DNA of 33,000 bases from Eutreptiella sp. 'Long Island Sound 2002' (taxonomy: Eukaryota; Protista; Euglenida): positions 20,274,001-20,307,000 of the forward strand of contig OZ038378.1 of the NCBI GenBank assembly GCA_964036045.1. The letters run 5' to 3'. Below are positions 12,834-23,336 of this stretch, in pieces. How positions within the stretch are numbered: position 1 is the stretch's first letter; every line of letters begins with the position of its first letter. The notes beneath the pieces are model-generated. The model saw only the letters and a list, made by a program, of their open reading frames with translations. It had not been told where the DNA came from and did no database searches. A program made the translations under genes and the position numbers.

Positions 12834-13394
12834 TTTGCCAAAGGGTGAAGGAACACACTGCACCAACCAAAATCAGCTATGTAACTCAGAACGGGTGTGC
12901 CAGACACCATACAGCACCATGAGGTATAGTACTGCTGAGGGCATCACACTCACCGGGGCCCGGAGGCGATAGTCAAAGAAACTCTCCCCCCTTGGCGGGG
13001 AGAGACGGTGCCATATAAAGCGGCCAAAGCCCAACCCCACCGCGGGTGGGGGGCTGGGCAGACAAACACAGGGCTGACTTCTGATCTATCCCGACTGCTG
13101 GGGGGGGGGGGGGGGGCACGCCTGCATGGCCTCCGGAACCCCCGGGACCAAACCAACCTCAAGCTCGTGGGAGCAACACAACCTGCCACAGGCACACACC
13201 ATGCTGGTGCCCCTCCTGACCCCCCCCCCCCCCCTTGGCACGTTGGATCCCAACCGTGGGTAGGTGGGCGGGCGGACAGAAGACGGCTTGTCAAAGATAA
13301 GGCAAACAATTGTTTGAGCACAAACAAGGGTTTGCCAAAGGGTGAAGGAACACACTGCACAACCAAAATCAGCTGGGTAACTCAGACTGGGTGT
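12834..13394 (-). repeat. 3' split-direct-repeat region (B1-A2-B2-like) of the YR retrotransposon
   Basis: 65-bp direct repeat at 12834-12898 and 13331-13394 (tttgccaaagggtgaaggaacacactgcac..aaccaaaatcagct..gtaactcaga..gggtgt; 60/65 identical by hand). It lies just downstream of the RNase H stop on the minus strand. Confidence 0.7.
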
Positions 13395-13545
13395 ACTACT
13401 CTCTAGCCAGGGCACAGCAAAAACTGCCAAAAGAAAGCGAAAGTGTGTAGGGGCTCGAAGGCTCTGGCACGGAGCAAGCGCCCCGACCAGCAGGCACACA
13501 AAGAAAGAAAGCCACCACCGGCGTGGTAGCCAACGCTTGCCCTGG

Positions 13546-15510
13546 CTAGGATTCCGTACCCTTGCCCAAGCACAAAACCCCCTGGAATGGAACCACCGAT
13601 AGGTCCCATAATAATTGTTTATAGATCAGCCAAGCCATGCGCTCGGCTTTCAGCTTATCACCGCGGTACTCCCCTTGCAAACGGGACAGGGGGTGTGCGG
13701 GCTGGAACCTGGTGGGTACCCACAGAACTCTCACAACAATGCTGGAGCAGACCAGGTGTCAAACCAGGCCCCGCAACACCTTCTGGTGGGCACTGAGCAC
13801 GCTCTTAGCCCTTACCCTGAGCAGTTGGGCAATGGCAACTTCCGAATCACTGACCAAGGTAACATGCGCATATCCCAACTTGATAGGTAGGCACCCCCCA
13901 GGCTAGCGACTGCAGCTCCACTAGCCTGTGACTCTGGGATTTCAGACGCACAGCAACCACTGATCTGACGCCCACATGCTCCGAAAACCCTCCCATTCTC
14001 CAAAATGGCCCGTCATGGGCTCCGTCCACAAACAGAACCAACCCCGGCCCCTCCCACCATTTTCCCACCAGCGCCTGTCCGTCCCTGTTTAGACCCAACT
14101 CGAGACATAGGGTCTGCACATCCGCCGAAGGGGCACACCACAGTTCCGCTCCCAAAGCCGTAATACCACCAGGGACTCCAAAACCGCCGGAGTTGTATGC
14201 CCACCCATATCCCCGTTAAGCCGGTAATAGGCCCCTGCCGTGAAGGGGCACGCCAATCCGCGGGGCCGCACTTGCCAGTGTAGAAATCCCAAAAACGACT
14301 GCATTAGCCGTTTCCGAGACCGCCAGACCGCCAACTGAAGCCACGCAACAAACATCTGCAGGTAGGCCACCTCGTCGGACCACACCACCCGCACCAACAA
14401 ATCCAACCACTTCCTAAGGAACACAAGCTTGGTGGAGGGCTCAAGCACACTCTTGGGACTCACTATGAACCCCCCCCTGCTCCAATGCCAACACAGCCCC
14501 ACCCGTATGCCGGCGCAGATACCCCTTGTCATGGTGCACCAAAAGGAAGTCATCCAAATAGTGCACTAACAAAATGTCAGGGGGTAAAGCCTACTCCACC
14601 AGACGCGCCAATGCCTGTTGGCAAATATAGGGGCTATATTTCCAACCAAACGACAACCTACCCAATCCCACCACCCGACCACTGGGACCCGACCTCAGGC
14701 GGAACAAGGTCCTGGCGGACTCCGGCAGGACAAAACTCCAGAAGGCATTATTTAAATCAATATGGGTCCCATACAACGGGACCCCAGGGTAGAACATGAT
14801 GAGCAGTTTGCTCAATTGCTCCCACGACTGAAGCGAGAAACGAGGGGGGGGGGGGGGTAACACCCATCCATCTTGTTCTGCTTAACACAACTGAGGATCA
14901 AAGAGACCTTCTCCAAAGTTTTAGGTACAATAAAGGGCCAGCACGTGGGGGGCACATCCATAGAGAGGTCGTATAGCAGCCACTGACGCTTTAAACAGCC
15001 ACAAACTCTGTCACTTCATCCGAAACCCACAAGGAAGCGCCCGGCCTGCGGATACCCCGTGAATCCTCCCAGGGTGTCTCTACATCGAAACCCCTCAACC
15101 CCCCCCCCATAGAAATCGCGCGGCACGGTCCGATCCCAAATATCCTAGGAGATGACATGGCTGCCTACTGGCCCAAGCCCATTCAGGAGGATATCCGGGT
15201 TGACCTTATCCGCTCGAGGGGTGGCGGGGGTCGTGACATGCAACAGGCCACGCCAATCCTCACGCTTCAAGCGACCTAGTGCTTTGACCAACACAGATAC
15301 CACTGTAGGGAGACAAAAATCCTCGGCCGCGTCGAAGACAAGGTCAATGAACAGGGTCAACCTCTTCACAAGAATCCAGAGTGTACACAGGAGCTCCGCA
15401 ACAGCCAACCCAAATCGGGGGTGCAAGCTCTCAAGAACTCGAGAAACCTTGGGTCACCTTCATCCTCACACACCCCCCCCTCCCATAGCCGGGCCGAGCT
15501 TCCGCCGCTT
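13546..15510 (-). pseudogene. Disrupted RT-RNase H (pol) of a DIRS-order/YR retrotransposon
   Basis: Stitched frames give WPFIVPK...KVSLILSCVKQN, HIDLNNAFWSF (~14735-14764), RLSFGWKYSPYICQ, LLVHYLDDFLLV (YLDD 14549-14560) and LVFLRKWLDL. RNase H motifs follow: LFVDGAH (D 14024-26), VELQSLAWG, VTLVSDSE (D 13846-48), WVPTRFQPAHPLSR. There are in-frame stops (e.g. TAG 14591-93, TGA 13759-61) and several frameshifts, some in G/C homopolymers. Confidence 0.92.
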
Positions 15511-16101
15511 CGCTAGCGGGCCAACCGCGATTCCGGCTTGGGCCACTCCAACGGACCCAACCGCACCAACCCTGCTGGCATCAGGCCCGCCCCCTTCCGC
15601 TGCAGCACCCACCGCCATCTACGTGTGACCTGTGCACGTCTGAAGACGGTCGGCACTGCCCACCACTCCAAGGGTCCTACCCCCCGCCCTAAAGCCGAGC
15701 ACCGGCCTTTTAGCGGGTCAACTCCCGGCCGATACCCCCTCCCGTCCGCGCCCCTGAAACTTAGACCTGGGCACCGGGGGTCGGACTCGGGGCCCAAGAG
15801 TGAATGCAGAACCCGCCGCCTCGGGCTGCACGGAACGGGCCCCCCCCTCCCCGTCGGATCCGGAGCTGTCACTGGAATAGATATTGACGAATCCCTTGTC
15901 CCCCGGGGACCCGGGGGGGGGGGGGGTGCACGCATGGGGGCGGCACTAGCTGTGCGGGATCAATTAGCCCTATCGGGAGCAGACCCCCCCCTACTTCTTG
16001 GCCACAGGGGGGGTGGGGGCAAACAAGGCATCAGGCCACGCGGGGGGGTGGAATGCAGCAAGGGGGAGGGGTTCCACTTTTGCTGGGAACATATTGGGAG
16101 C

Positions 16102-16432
16102 CTAAACCTCCAGGTGTGACAACTCCCTGACCCCTATGCCGGCCTCCCGCGGCAGTCGAAGAGGGCCCACGACCGCTACGTCTTGGAACACTGTCGCATA
16201 GCGCAGGGCCGTGCCGACGCTGCGCCATCTCCCCCACCAAAAGAAGAATTGCATCTGGGGGTGGCGAGCGTAAGACGCGGCGTTGCCACCCCTACGTAAA
16301 GCATGCCACCGGCAGCGCCTCCAAGGTGTCGGGCCCAGGATCTCCGGGAACTTTTACTCCGGCCACGCACTGCCCCCGGGAAAGAGGTGGTCGTCTGCTC
16401 GCAGGCCCTTGGCCTCGCCCCAACAGCCCTTG
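16102..16432 (-). pseudogene. C-terminal catalytic half of a tyrosine recombinase (YR), 5'-truncated
   Basis: This frame is not shown in the ORF track: ...GLRADDHLFP...*KFPEILGPTPWRRCRWHALRRGGNAASYARHPQMQFFFWWGRWRSVGTALRYATVF. It carries HxLRRGG (16285-16305), WGRW (16225-36) and the catalytic Tyr (16198-16200), i.e. the H-x-x-R/W/Y signature of DIRS-type YRs. In-frame TAA at 16354-56. Confidence 0.88.
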
Positions 16433-16804
16433 ACTTTGAGTTCCACAACCGCAACCAGAGGGGCAACCAAGGGGGGGGGGGGGGGTATTCTCGGAAATCG
16501 GATATCATGCTTAAAAACCCCCCCAGAGCCAAATTTTAAAAAGGGGGGGGTTTTGGGGGGGGGGGGGGTTAAGGGAGTTTTTGGCTGCGCGGGGGTATTG
16601 TCCGCGGGAAGGGTACCCCGGCCCCCCAAACCCCCCCCAATGAAATACATAGTGTTGGGCACCTCCGAACAGTTGGGTATGTGGCCCAGGTGTGATCCGA
16701 CAATTCGCACCGCCCCTACCGACGTCTATGGTAGGGTTTCATTGGCTTGGGTATTTCCGGCCGTGGGTACCAGAAACCTCGGGACTGTGGGTCTCCGAGG
16801 CGGT

Positions 16805-16930
16805 CATGGGGTTCGAAATACACCATGGGGTTAGAATTGCAGCATGGGGGTTGAAACGCATCAAGGTCGGTCATGGGGTTCGGAGTGCATCATGGGGTTA
16901 GAAATACACCATGGGGTGAGAAATGCGTCA
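16805..16930. repeat. Degenerate ~19-20 bp minisatellite (CATGGGGTTAGAAATACAC-like), ~6 units
   Basis: catgggg recurs at ~19-30 bp spacing. Confidence 0.8.
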
Positions 16931-17136
16931 AGGGGAGGGCATAAAAGAAGGGGTGTGTGTGACTATACTGGTCGACCGACACAACTCGGGAGGCCCTTAA
17001 GGCTATGGCGGGCCAGGCCTCCCTCCCCGCGCCATTGTGTGGGCCTTCCACTCCTAGTGTGCATGCTACTACAAGGGAAGGAGAGGGAGAGCGAGGAGGT
17101 GTAGGGGGTGGGGGACGTGTGTGCATGTAGCTCCGC

Positions 17137-17992
17137 CTACTTCTTCCGCCCTGACGTCTTCACCTTGCAACGCTTCTTAGCACTTTGCTTGGGAGTGGTG
17201 ATGGGCCGCTTTGTGCCCTTGCCGGGCACAACTTTCTTTTTGGGGAGAACTTCCACCCCGGAAGAAGAGGTAGAAGAGGAGGAAGATGAGGAAGAAGAGG
17301 AGCTATTACCGTCTTCGGAAGTTGCGGAACTCTCGTTACCGCTGGGCGAATCATGATCTGCGGAACACCCAGATTCCACAGAGCTTGCATCCTCCTCCGG
17401 TTTCCACTCCCAATCGGAGCGGCCAAGAGAGGCTTCAGAGAAGGATGCACTCTCGTTGTCGGCCACCTTTGCCACTTTCAAGGTGATCTTGGGCTTCATC
17501 ACCATGGGGATTTTTTTGGCTCGCCCCTTTTTTTTTCTCATCGTCCTGGCTGACTGCAACCCATTCCGTCAGATCAACGGTGTTTGGTGCCACGGTTGGA
17601 TGGCACCGTGCCAAGTGAGTTTTGATGTTCAAAACCCACGGGGTGCCACTGCACCCGGGAATAGGACATTCACGGGGGATGTTTTCTTGTTTGCGCATAG
17701 CCACTGCGAGCTTCATTGGGACCACACACGGGCAAGTGCTACTGATTTTCTTGCGCACAATACTTGTGGTACGCGTGCCTGTTGTGCGCCCACAGAAAAC
17801 ACAAGGTCCGGTCTCACCACGCATCCTTGGGTCCGTTACCACCTCTCCTTTCTGCAAGTGCACTGCCACACTTGCGCATCCTTGCCAAAGCAATGGCAAC
17901 GCCACAAAACAAAGAAAATATTGTTGCTTCCGCGGGCCGCATGCTAGTATGTGCCACACTAGCCGTGTGAACTTGTTACACGAGGCATACAT
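17137..17992 (-). pseudogene. Frameshifted ORF with a C2H2-like finger plus Ser/acidic and Lys-rich tail; unknown, probably element-borne
   Basis: ORF 17435-17992 (CVFCGR...CPIPGCSGTPWVLNIKTHLARCH) joins ORF 17137-17559 (KKKGRAKKIP...SSSSSSS...KKRCKVK) by a one-base shift at the poly-T run near 17527-17537. Confidence 0.5.
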
Positions 17993-18660
17993 TAAGAAGG
18001 GTATTCCGCTACAAGCAACTTGCTAGTGCACTTGCACACCCGAACTGCCCGCCTCGTGCCGGGCGCGTCTTGTCGTCGCTCCTACAGCAAGGCCGCAGTG
18101 TAGCGCATTGTCTTGAGATGTTGCAACGGGGCTACCGTGCCAAGTACAGTCAAAACGAGAGGGACTTCGGATTGCTCACCTTGCGCATTGGTGGCCCACG
18201 GCTCTTGCATGCCGCAAACCATGCAGGGTGCCCCAAGTAGGGACCAAGTGCTCCCCAAGCACAAACATCGATCAATTGCTTATGGGAAGACGATAACAAC
18301 AGAAGACATGTTGGCCGTCTTGCCAAGCAAATTGCCTTTTTGTGCATACTCCATTTGTGTGGACGAGGTGGCGGTTGAGGGGGACATTGTACCATCATTG
18401 GTTGGCGGTCCATCCCCGGTGCTTTATGGATTTTGCATGGAGCATGCAGGTGTTCCTGAAATTCAAAGTGAAAGTGATTTGCTTGCCCTTCGCCGGCAGC
18501 CACAAGCTGGTACCATCCACCGGGTGTCGGTCTGTGCCGTTTGGCTCATTGTCCCCATGCATCGTGAGGTATCCTACCGTGACACATCTCGGATTGCATT
18601 TAGTGCCATTCACCGTTTTTGTGTCTTCTTTCGCTTCAAATCACGGCAACGGTCAATAAG

Positions 18661-19175
18661 GGGGGCCAGAATCAGAAGTGGCCCATAAGTGGGCAAGGTG
18701 GCTACATAACCCTTGCCGCCTGGGAGGTAGTCTTCTGTCCGTTTGTGTGTTTTTTTTGTGTGTTCTTGCATGTGTGCACCAACCAGCATGGGAGACTTTT
18801 TTAAAAATGGTCTGTGGGGGGGTTTTAAGGGTGTTTTTCGACGCAGACACACCATTTCTGCAAATTTTTTTTTTGGTGGTATTCTTTTGGACTGCACATC
18901 CAAAGATTCGTCCTTCCCCCCAATTCAGCCACTTTTGATGTTGTCCCCCCACTCTGAAATCCACGCTTTGTTGCGCGGCCCCCAAAAATAAGATTTTCCA
19001 TTTCTGACTGCTGCCACTTCTGATTCTGCCCCCTGCTTTAAAGCGGTGGGGACCCCCAGGCGGCAGGGGTTATGTAGCCACCTTGCCCACTTGTGGGCCA
19101 CCTCTAATACTGCCCCCCGCTCTGAAGCGGTGGGGATCCCCGAGGCGGCAGGGGTAATGTAGCCACCTTGCCCAC
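18661..19175. repeat. Foldback arrangement of an ~85-bp unit: two tandem copies (19013-19175) and one inverted partial copy (18661-18724)
   Basis: gtgggcaaggtggctacataacccttgccgcctggg (18689-18724) is the reverse complement of cccaggcggcaggggttatgtagccaccttgcccac at 19055, which recurs at ~19139. Confidence 0.85.
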
Positions 19176-19949
19176 CAAAAAAAAAAAAGGCAAACAATTG
19201 TTGCGGCACAAACAAGGGTTTGACATGCAAGAAAAGCATCTTGGTAGGAATTTAGCTCATCTTGGTAGGAATTTCAGTCACCATGCTCAGCCATGTGGCA
19301 AGCACACCATGCTTCAAATGGCCCAAAAACCCCGCTGCGGAAAAAGGGGTGGGTGGGGGGGGGGGGGGTGAAACCCTCATGGCATGCCTCCCCATAACCC
19401 CCCCCCCCCCCCCCGAAGGATCCATGCCTCCACTTCGTCAACAGCACAAACCACGGACCAACACTTGGAAGAGCCCAACTGGAACCATGCAAGACAAACT
19501 ATGTTTGGTTTTGTTCCCCTCTCCACGAAGCAACCTCCCTAGCCGTCCGTAGAAACCCCACTTGGAATGCACCACCCATCTTCACCAGCTTGGCCGGATC
19601 CTTTGATCCTAAGAAAACCAACCCCGGACCCCATCTCAAGACAAAGTCAATGCAGCCCCAGACTCTAGTTGGCTAGAGCTGGGGGCATTATTACCTCATA
19701 TCCATGTCCATCTTGCCCATCCTCTCTCGATTTTTTCAATGCCAGCAACAGTGGGTGCACTCAACACAAGTTCACCATTACAATCACAGTCATACTGTTG
19801 AACATTCCTGCATTGCATCGCAACACATATGGGCGCAAACGCGACCATAGGGCTCCCTGCTACTTGGCCCTCGTCTCTAACCCGGCTTGCTTGCCGCAAC
19901 AACGCTCCAATGCCCTACTGATGGGGTCGGCTGAGTTTAGTTTGGAGTA

Positions 19950-20146
19950 TTGCTAAGGCGTCGCAAAAGACGATGTTGTGGGTGCGATTTCGCATATCCC
20001 CACATCAATTGGGATAGACTACCCATGTTATCAAGCACCAGTTTGATGCGGAGGTGCTGCATAACCCCCACGTGATCCAGAACCATAAGCTGAAAAATCT
20101 GCCTAAACCAGCACTCTCCAGCTTTTGGGCCTACTAAACCAATCAC
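19950..20146 (-). pseudogene. Second DIRS-type RNase H fragment
   Basis: QIFQLMVLDHVGVMQHLRIKLVLDNMGSLSQLMWGYAKSHPQHRLLRRL aligns by eye with the RNase H at 13750-13900 (VTLVSDSEVAIAQLLRVRAKSVLSAHQKVLRGL). Confidence 0.45.
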
Positions 20147-20681
20147 TTGGCAGCCTAGAAAGTGGGGTCTTTGGCAACATCATAAAAAAAGTGCATTCTG
20201 TCACCAGGGAGGGATCCACCCCGGAAATGAACTGGGGATTGCTTCAAGCGACACCCTAACTTAAGATCTCATTCTCCTACACCTTGAACTGGCATTCCCC
20301 TACCATTGCCGAATGACCTCTCTTGATGCAATTGCACAAATAGCCCATGGATGAGTCATGTGGTTGTTGGTGGGTGGTTGCGCAATTTACAATTTACAAT
20401 CTCTCTCTTGGTTGCCCCATTCCTCGATGTCAAGTGTGGCTTGGTTTGACGTCACGGGGGGGGGGGGGGACCAATGCATGCCATGATTCAATCAGCAAGG
20501 AGCCGGAAACAAACCTACCAATGCACAGACGAGAAATAAGCCTACCAACACACCTGCACCAAGCCTACCCAACCGCACTATTTTGCCTAGCGATTGCATT
20601 GCCTTGGTACCCTGCCCAGCCCTTGCAAACTCCCGGGTTAGCACACGACGGTCTCCTGGGGGGGGGGGGGGGACGGTCGCC

Positions 20682-21120
20682 AAGTGACGGTCTCCGGGGG
20701 GAGGGGGGGGGGTTGCAAGGGTGATTCAACCGCCACAGCCTCTAGCCTTGAGAGTTGGGCGCTCTCATGATCCACCGGAGTGACCCCACTAGGGCGTATG
20801 TACCGAATGTGGCAAAACTGTGGCCCATTTGGTGAAGGGCCCACGACAGTGGCCAACACATGTGCACCAAGTGTGCGTGAGTGGTACTGTACATGGTCAC
20901 CAGGAGAAAACATCTTGGGTCTGAAGTAGCAACACAACACACCCATACAACGCCTTTGGAGAGAGAATATCACAGAAACACACAGGTGCTTGATTTGAAG
21001 TAATGGGAAAGCAATGCAAGGCCATGCGCAAAGCACATGGGCAACACAAACCAGCACAATACATGTTACCTAGAAAAACATGGAAGTGACGGTCTCCCGG
21101 GGGGGGGGGGATTGCAAGGG
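20682..21120 (-). other. Repeat module: ~38-bp direct repeats flanking a short SH3/Tudor-like barrel reading frame
   Basis: aagtgacggtctcc(g)n-ttgcaaggg occurs at 20682 and 21084. The interior encodes FSPGDHVQYHSRTLGAHVLATVVGPSPNGPQFCHIRYIRPSG. Confidence 0.4.
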
Positions 21121-21752
21121 GGTGCGTGTTTGCAAGGGGGGGGGGGGGAGTGATAGGGACACAGGGGTAAGAGTAGCAATTTGGATACTACATCAACCAC
21201 ATTGGAGATAGAGAGGACAATGCACGGCCTGCCAAATCCAAAGTTTTCCCCATCCAACCCACAGATTGTACAAGCTCTAATTCATTCTACGGGGTAATGG
21301 TGTGGCCTTTATGTGCCAAAGCCATGGCTATAGTAGATGCCACTTGGGCAACAATGCTGCCATCTGATGCCACAAACAACACGTTGTCCAAGTACCGTGC
21401 AAACTTTTAAAATTTGCGAAACCGGCATTTTTGCGAAGGACACCCCCCAAAAATTAATTTTTTTTGCGATTTTTTTTGGTTTTGCGACCAAAAATTTGAA
21501 TGGCGGGCGAGAAATTAATTTTTTTGATATTGTTTTTTTAATTTGCGTTCATGAACAAAACCAATGCACGCAATGCAAATTGCCATGCATACAAATGACA
21601 CACTGTAGGCCCACACATGAACATTCGCCATTATGAAGGATTGAATGAAATCAGCCCGCCACAGTTATAGTTGCCTCGTCCAGCGGTGCATAAAGGCAAC
21701 GGGCAGTCAAAAATTATATGGCTGCCCAATATACAAAGAAGAAATTAAGAGC

Positions 21753-22173
21753 TCATGACAAAAGGCGGTGTGGCACCTCACGCTTGCAATACAGCACATT
21801 GCCAACTTTGAACTAGACATCATAAGTGCCATTGCGGTGAACCTTGACAATTTCACCCGGCACCCTTTCACATGTGCGGCGTGTTAAAGTGACAGAAGAT
21901 CCGCGCAACCACCGTGGTGCGGATTCGGCACAAGTGGCTGCGGCTGCCGGGGCAGTGTGTGCGCCCTTAGGGGCACGTGGTGCAGCCTTTTGTCGACGGG
22001 CCTTTGGCGTTGGGGCTGCAGTGGGTTTCCGGCACCTCTGTTGTACAGCAGCATGGGCTGGCAGCAGGCCCGCCTTTATCAAATCTGCACGAGACAAAGC
22101 AGCAATCTCCTTTACACCTGTTGCCCCAGTCCTACATAATGCATCACTGTATTGGTCATAATGCAATGAGGTC
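21753..22173 (-). pseudogene. SAM-like plus Tudor/Agenet-like module
   Basis: SLHYDQYSDALCRTGATGVKEIAALSRADLIKAGLLPAHA resembles the SAM pattern L..Y...F....i....L..L...DL..lG. After a Pro/Ala/Lys linker comes GSSVTLTRRTCERVPGEIVKVHRNGTYDV*FKVGNVLYCKREVP (Tudor-like G.I..vh..GtYDV.f..G). Confidence 0.5.
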
Positions 22174-22467
22174 AGGTCAGGTCAGGTAGTGTCAGCTACC
22201 ACCGTCCGTCAGCCCGCGAAATGCGTCCGACGGCAAGACGTCTGGCCGAACACACGCACACGGAACACGGAGAGTCGCTGCAGGTTCAGACGGAACCGAG
22301 ACGCCCAGAAGGGGCTCCAGCCGGTAGATGAAGACTACCTGACCCAGAGGGGGCTTCAGCTGGTGGGAGCACACTTGGTGAGGCAGTGGTGCGTCTGCCC
22401 CTCACAGGCTGCACCTCTGACCCCGGGGGGCGCCCAGGGTGGGTGGCGGCGTCGTCAGCCGGCCTGA
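22174..22467 (-). mobile_element. 294-bp non-LTR/SINE-like insertion with (CCTGA)n 3' tail and 17-bp TSD
   Basis: Exact 17-bp direct repeat cataatgcaatgaggtc at 22157-22173 and 22468-22484. The adjacent aggtcaggtcaggtag is a (CCTGA)n tail on the minus strand. Excision restores the SAM-like reading frame. Confidence 0.85.
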
Positions 22468-22495
22468 CATAATGCAATGAGGTCGCGACTCAACA

Positions 22496-23336
22496 CCATG
22501 GAGTGTGGGACTTGGTAGCGATCAACAAGGTACGCAAGGCGAAGGAGAAGGAGCCTATGTTCGTGAATTGACACATCGGAAAGTGATTGGGAGACCGTTG
22601 TGGTCCCAACTCTCCTCATGGGCAGTTGCATTGTTTCCCTCATGGGGACATTCAACCAGTTCACACTGGCTGTGAAGCCCTTGGCAACAACGTCCGGGTG
22701 CCGCTCCTCAAGCAATGCAAGTACCACACAACGAAGCTCATATGTGGTAAATTCAAGACGACACGCCACATGTGCCTGGATGCATTGCACAATTTCAGAG
22801 AGGCAGTGCGCGGAGATCTTACATGACCGTCTCCGTCCATCTGGAACACCGGCTTTGGCCCTTTCTGCCTGTTGTCAAAAGGAGCAAAGATGAGATTCAC
22901 GCACGCTCCCAAATGTTTTGGGGAACGTTGAGCTCAAAAAAGATACCGCGCCGGGGTCCGAGCCCTTTTCAGCAGCAATATGCAAAGCCATTTCCTTCTC
23001 ATTTTCACTCCATTTGCGGTAACTTCTCCTCTGCGGTGCAGTACAACTTGCCAGGGCCGCATGAACCATAGTGTTCACCTATCCACGAACAAAGATCTCC
23101 ACATTGAGACTCCCTGGCGGATGCCCAGGACGACGGCAAATTGCCGGCTCCTCCGGAACGACCTGTAGAGCTGCACCCAACGCTGTTGTGACGAGCTCAC
23201 GACAAAAATCATAACTGGCTAGTCGCTCAGCAGTTGCAGCGTAGCGGTGCACTGCAATTTCATGTGGGATGACAAAGAAATAATGTTGTAGCGTGAACAT
23301 GGTAGAAATGGTGCTATACACAAGGAAGGAAAGCAC
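22496..23336 (-). pseudogene. pogo/Tigger (Tc5/CENP-B-like) transposase N-terminal DNA-binding region, truncated before the DDE domain
   Basis: Three track ORFs (23079-23336, 22875-23078, 22455-22790) share one frame, split only by TAG and TGA. They give RRSYRKWSENEKEMAL (HTH-psq-like) and LALLEERHPDVVAKGFTASVNWLNVPMRETMQLPMRRV (F.AS.GWL..F..R..L..R motif of HTH_Tnp_Tc5). The frame ends at VPHSMV, where N.DET would be expected. Confidence 0.75.

Larger units (their letters stand above)
12834..16432 (-). mobile_element. YR retrotransposon remnant, YR-RT-RNaseH order (VIPER/TATE-like)
   Basis: YR, RT, RNase H and the 3' direct-repeat pair are collinear on one strand. Confidence 0.85.

Noticed and set aside
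16805-16930. Repeat-spacer-like array resembling CRISPR
   Set aside because: The conserved core is only ~7-9 bp, the 'spacers' are ~10 bp and similar to each other, there are no cas genes, and the context is eukaryotic: it is a minisatellite.
13546-23336. Stop-codon reassignment as an explanation for in-frame stops in YR, RT and pogo frames
   Set aside because: TAG, TAA and TGA all occur alongside frameshifts and deletions; ordinary pseudogenisation is sufficient.
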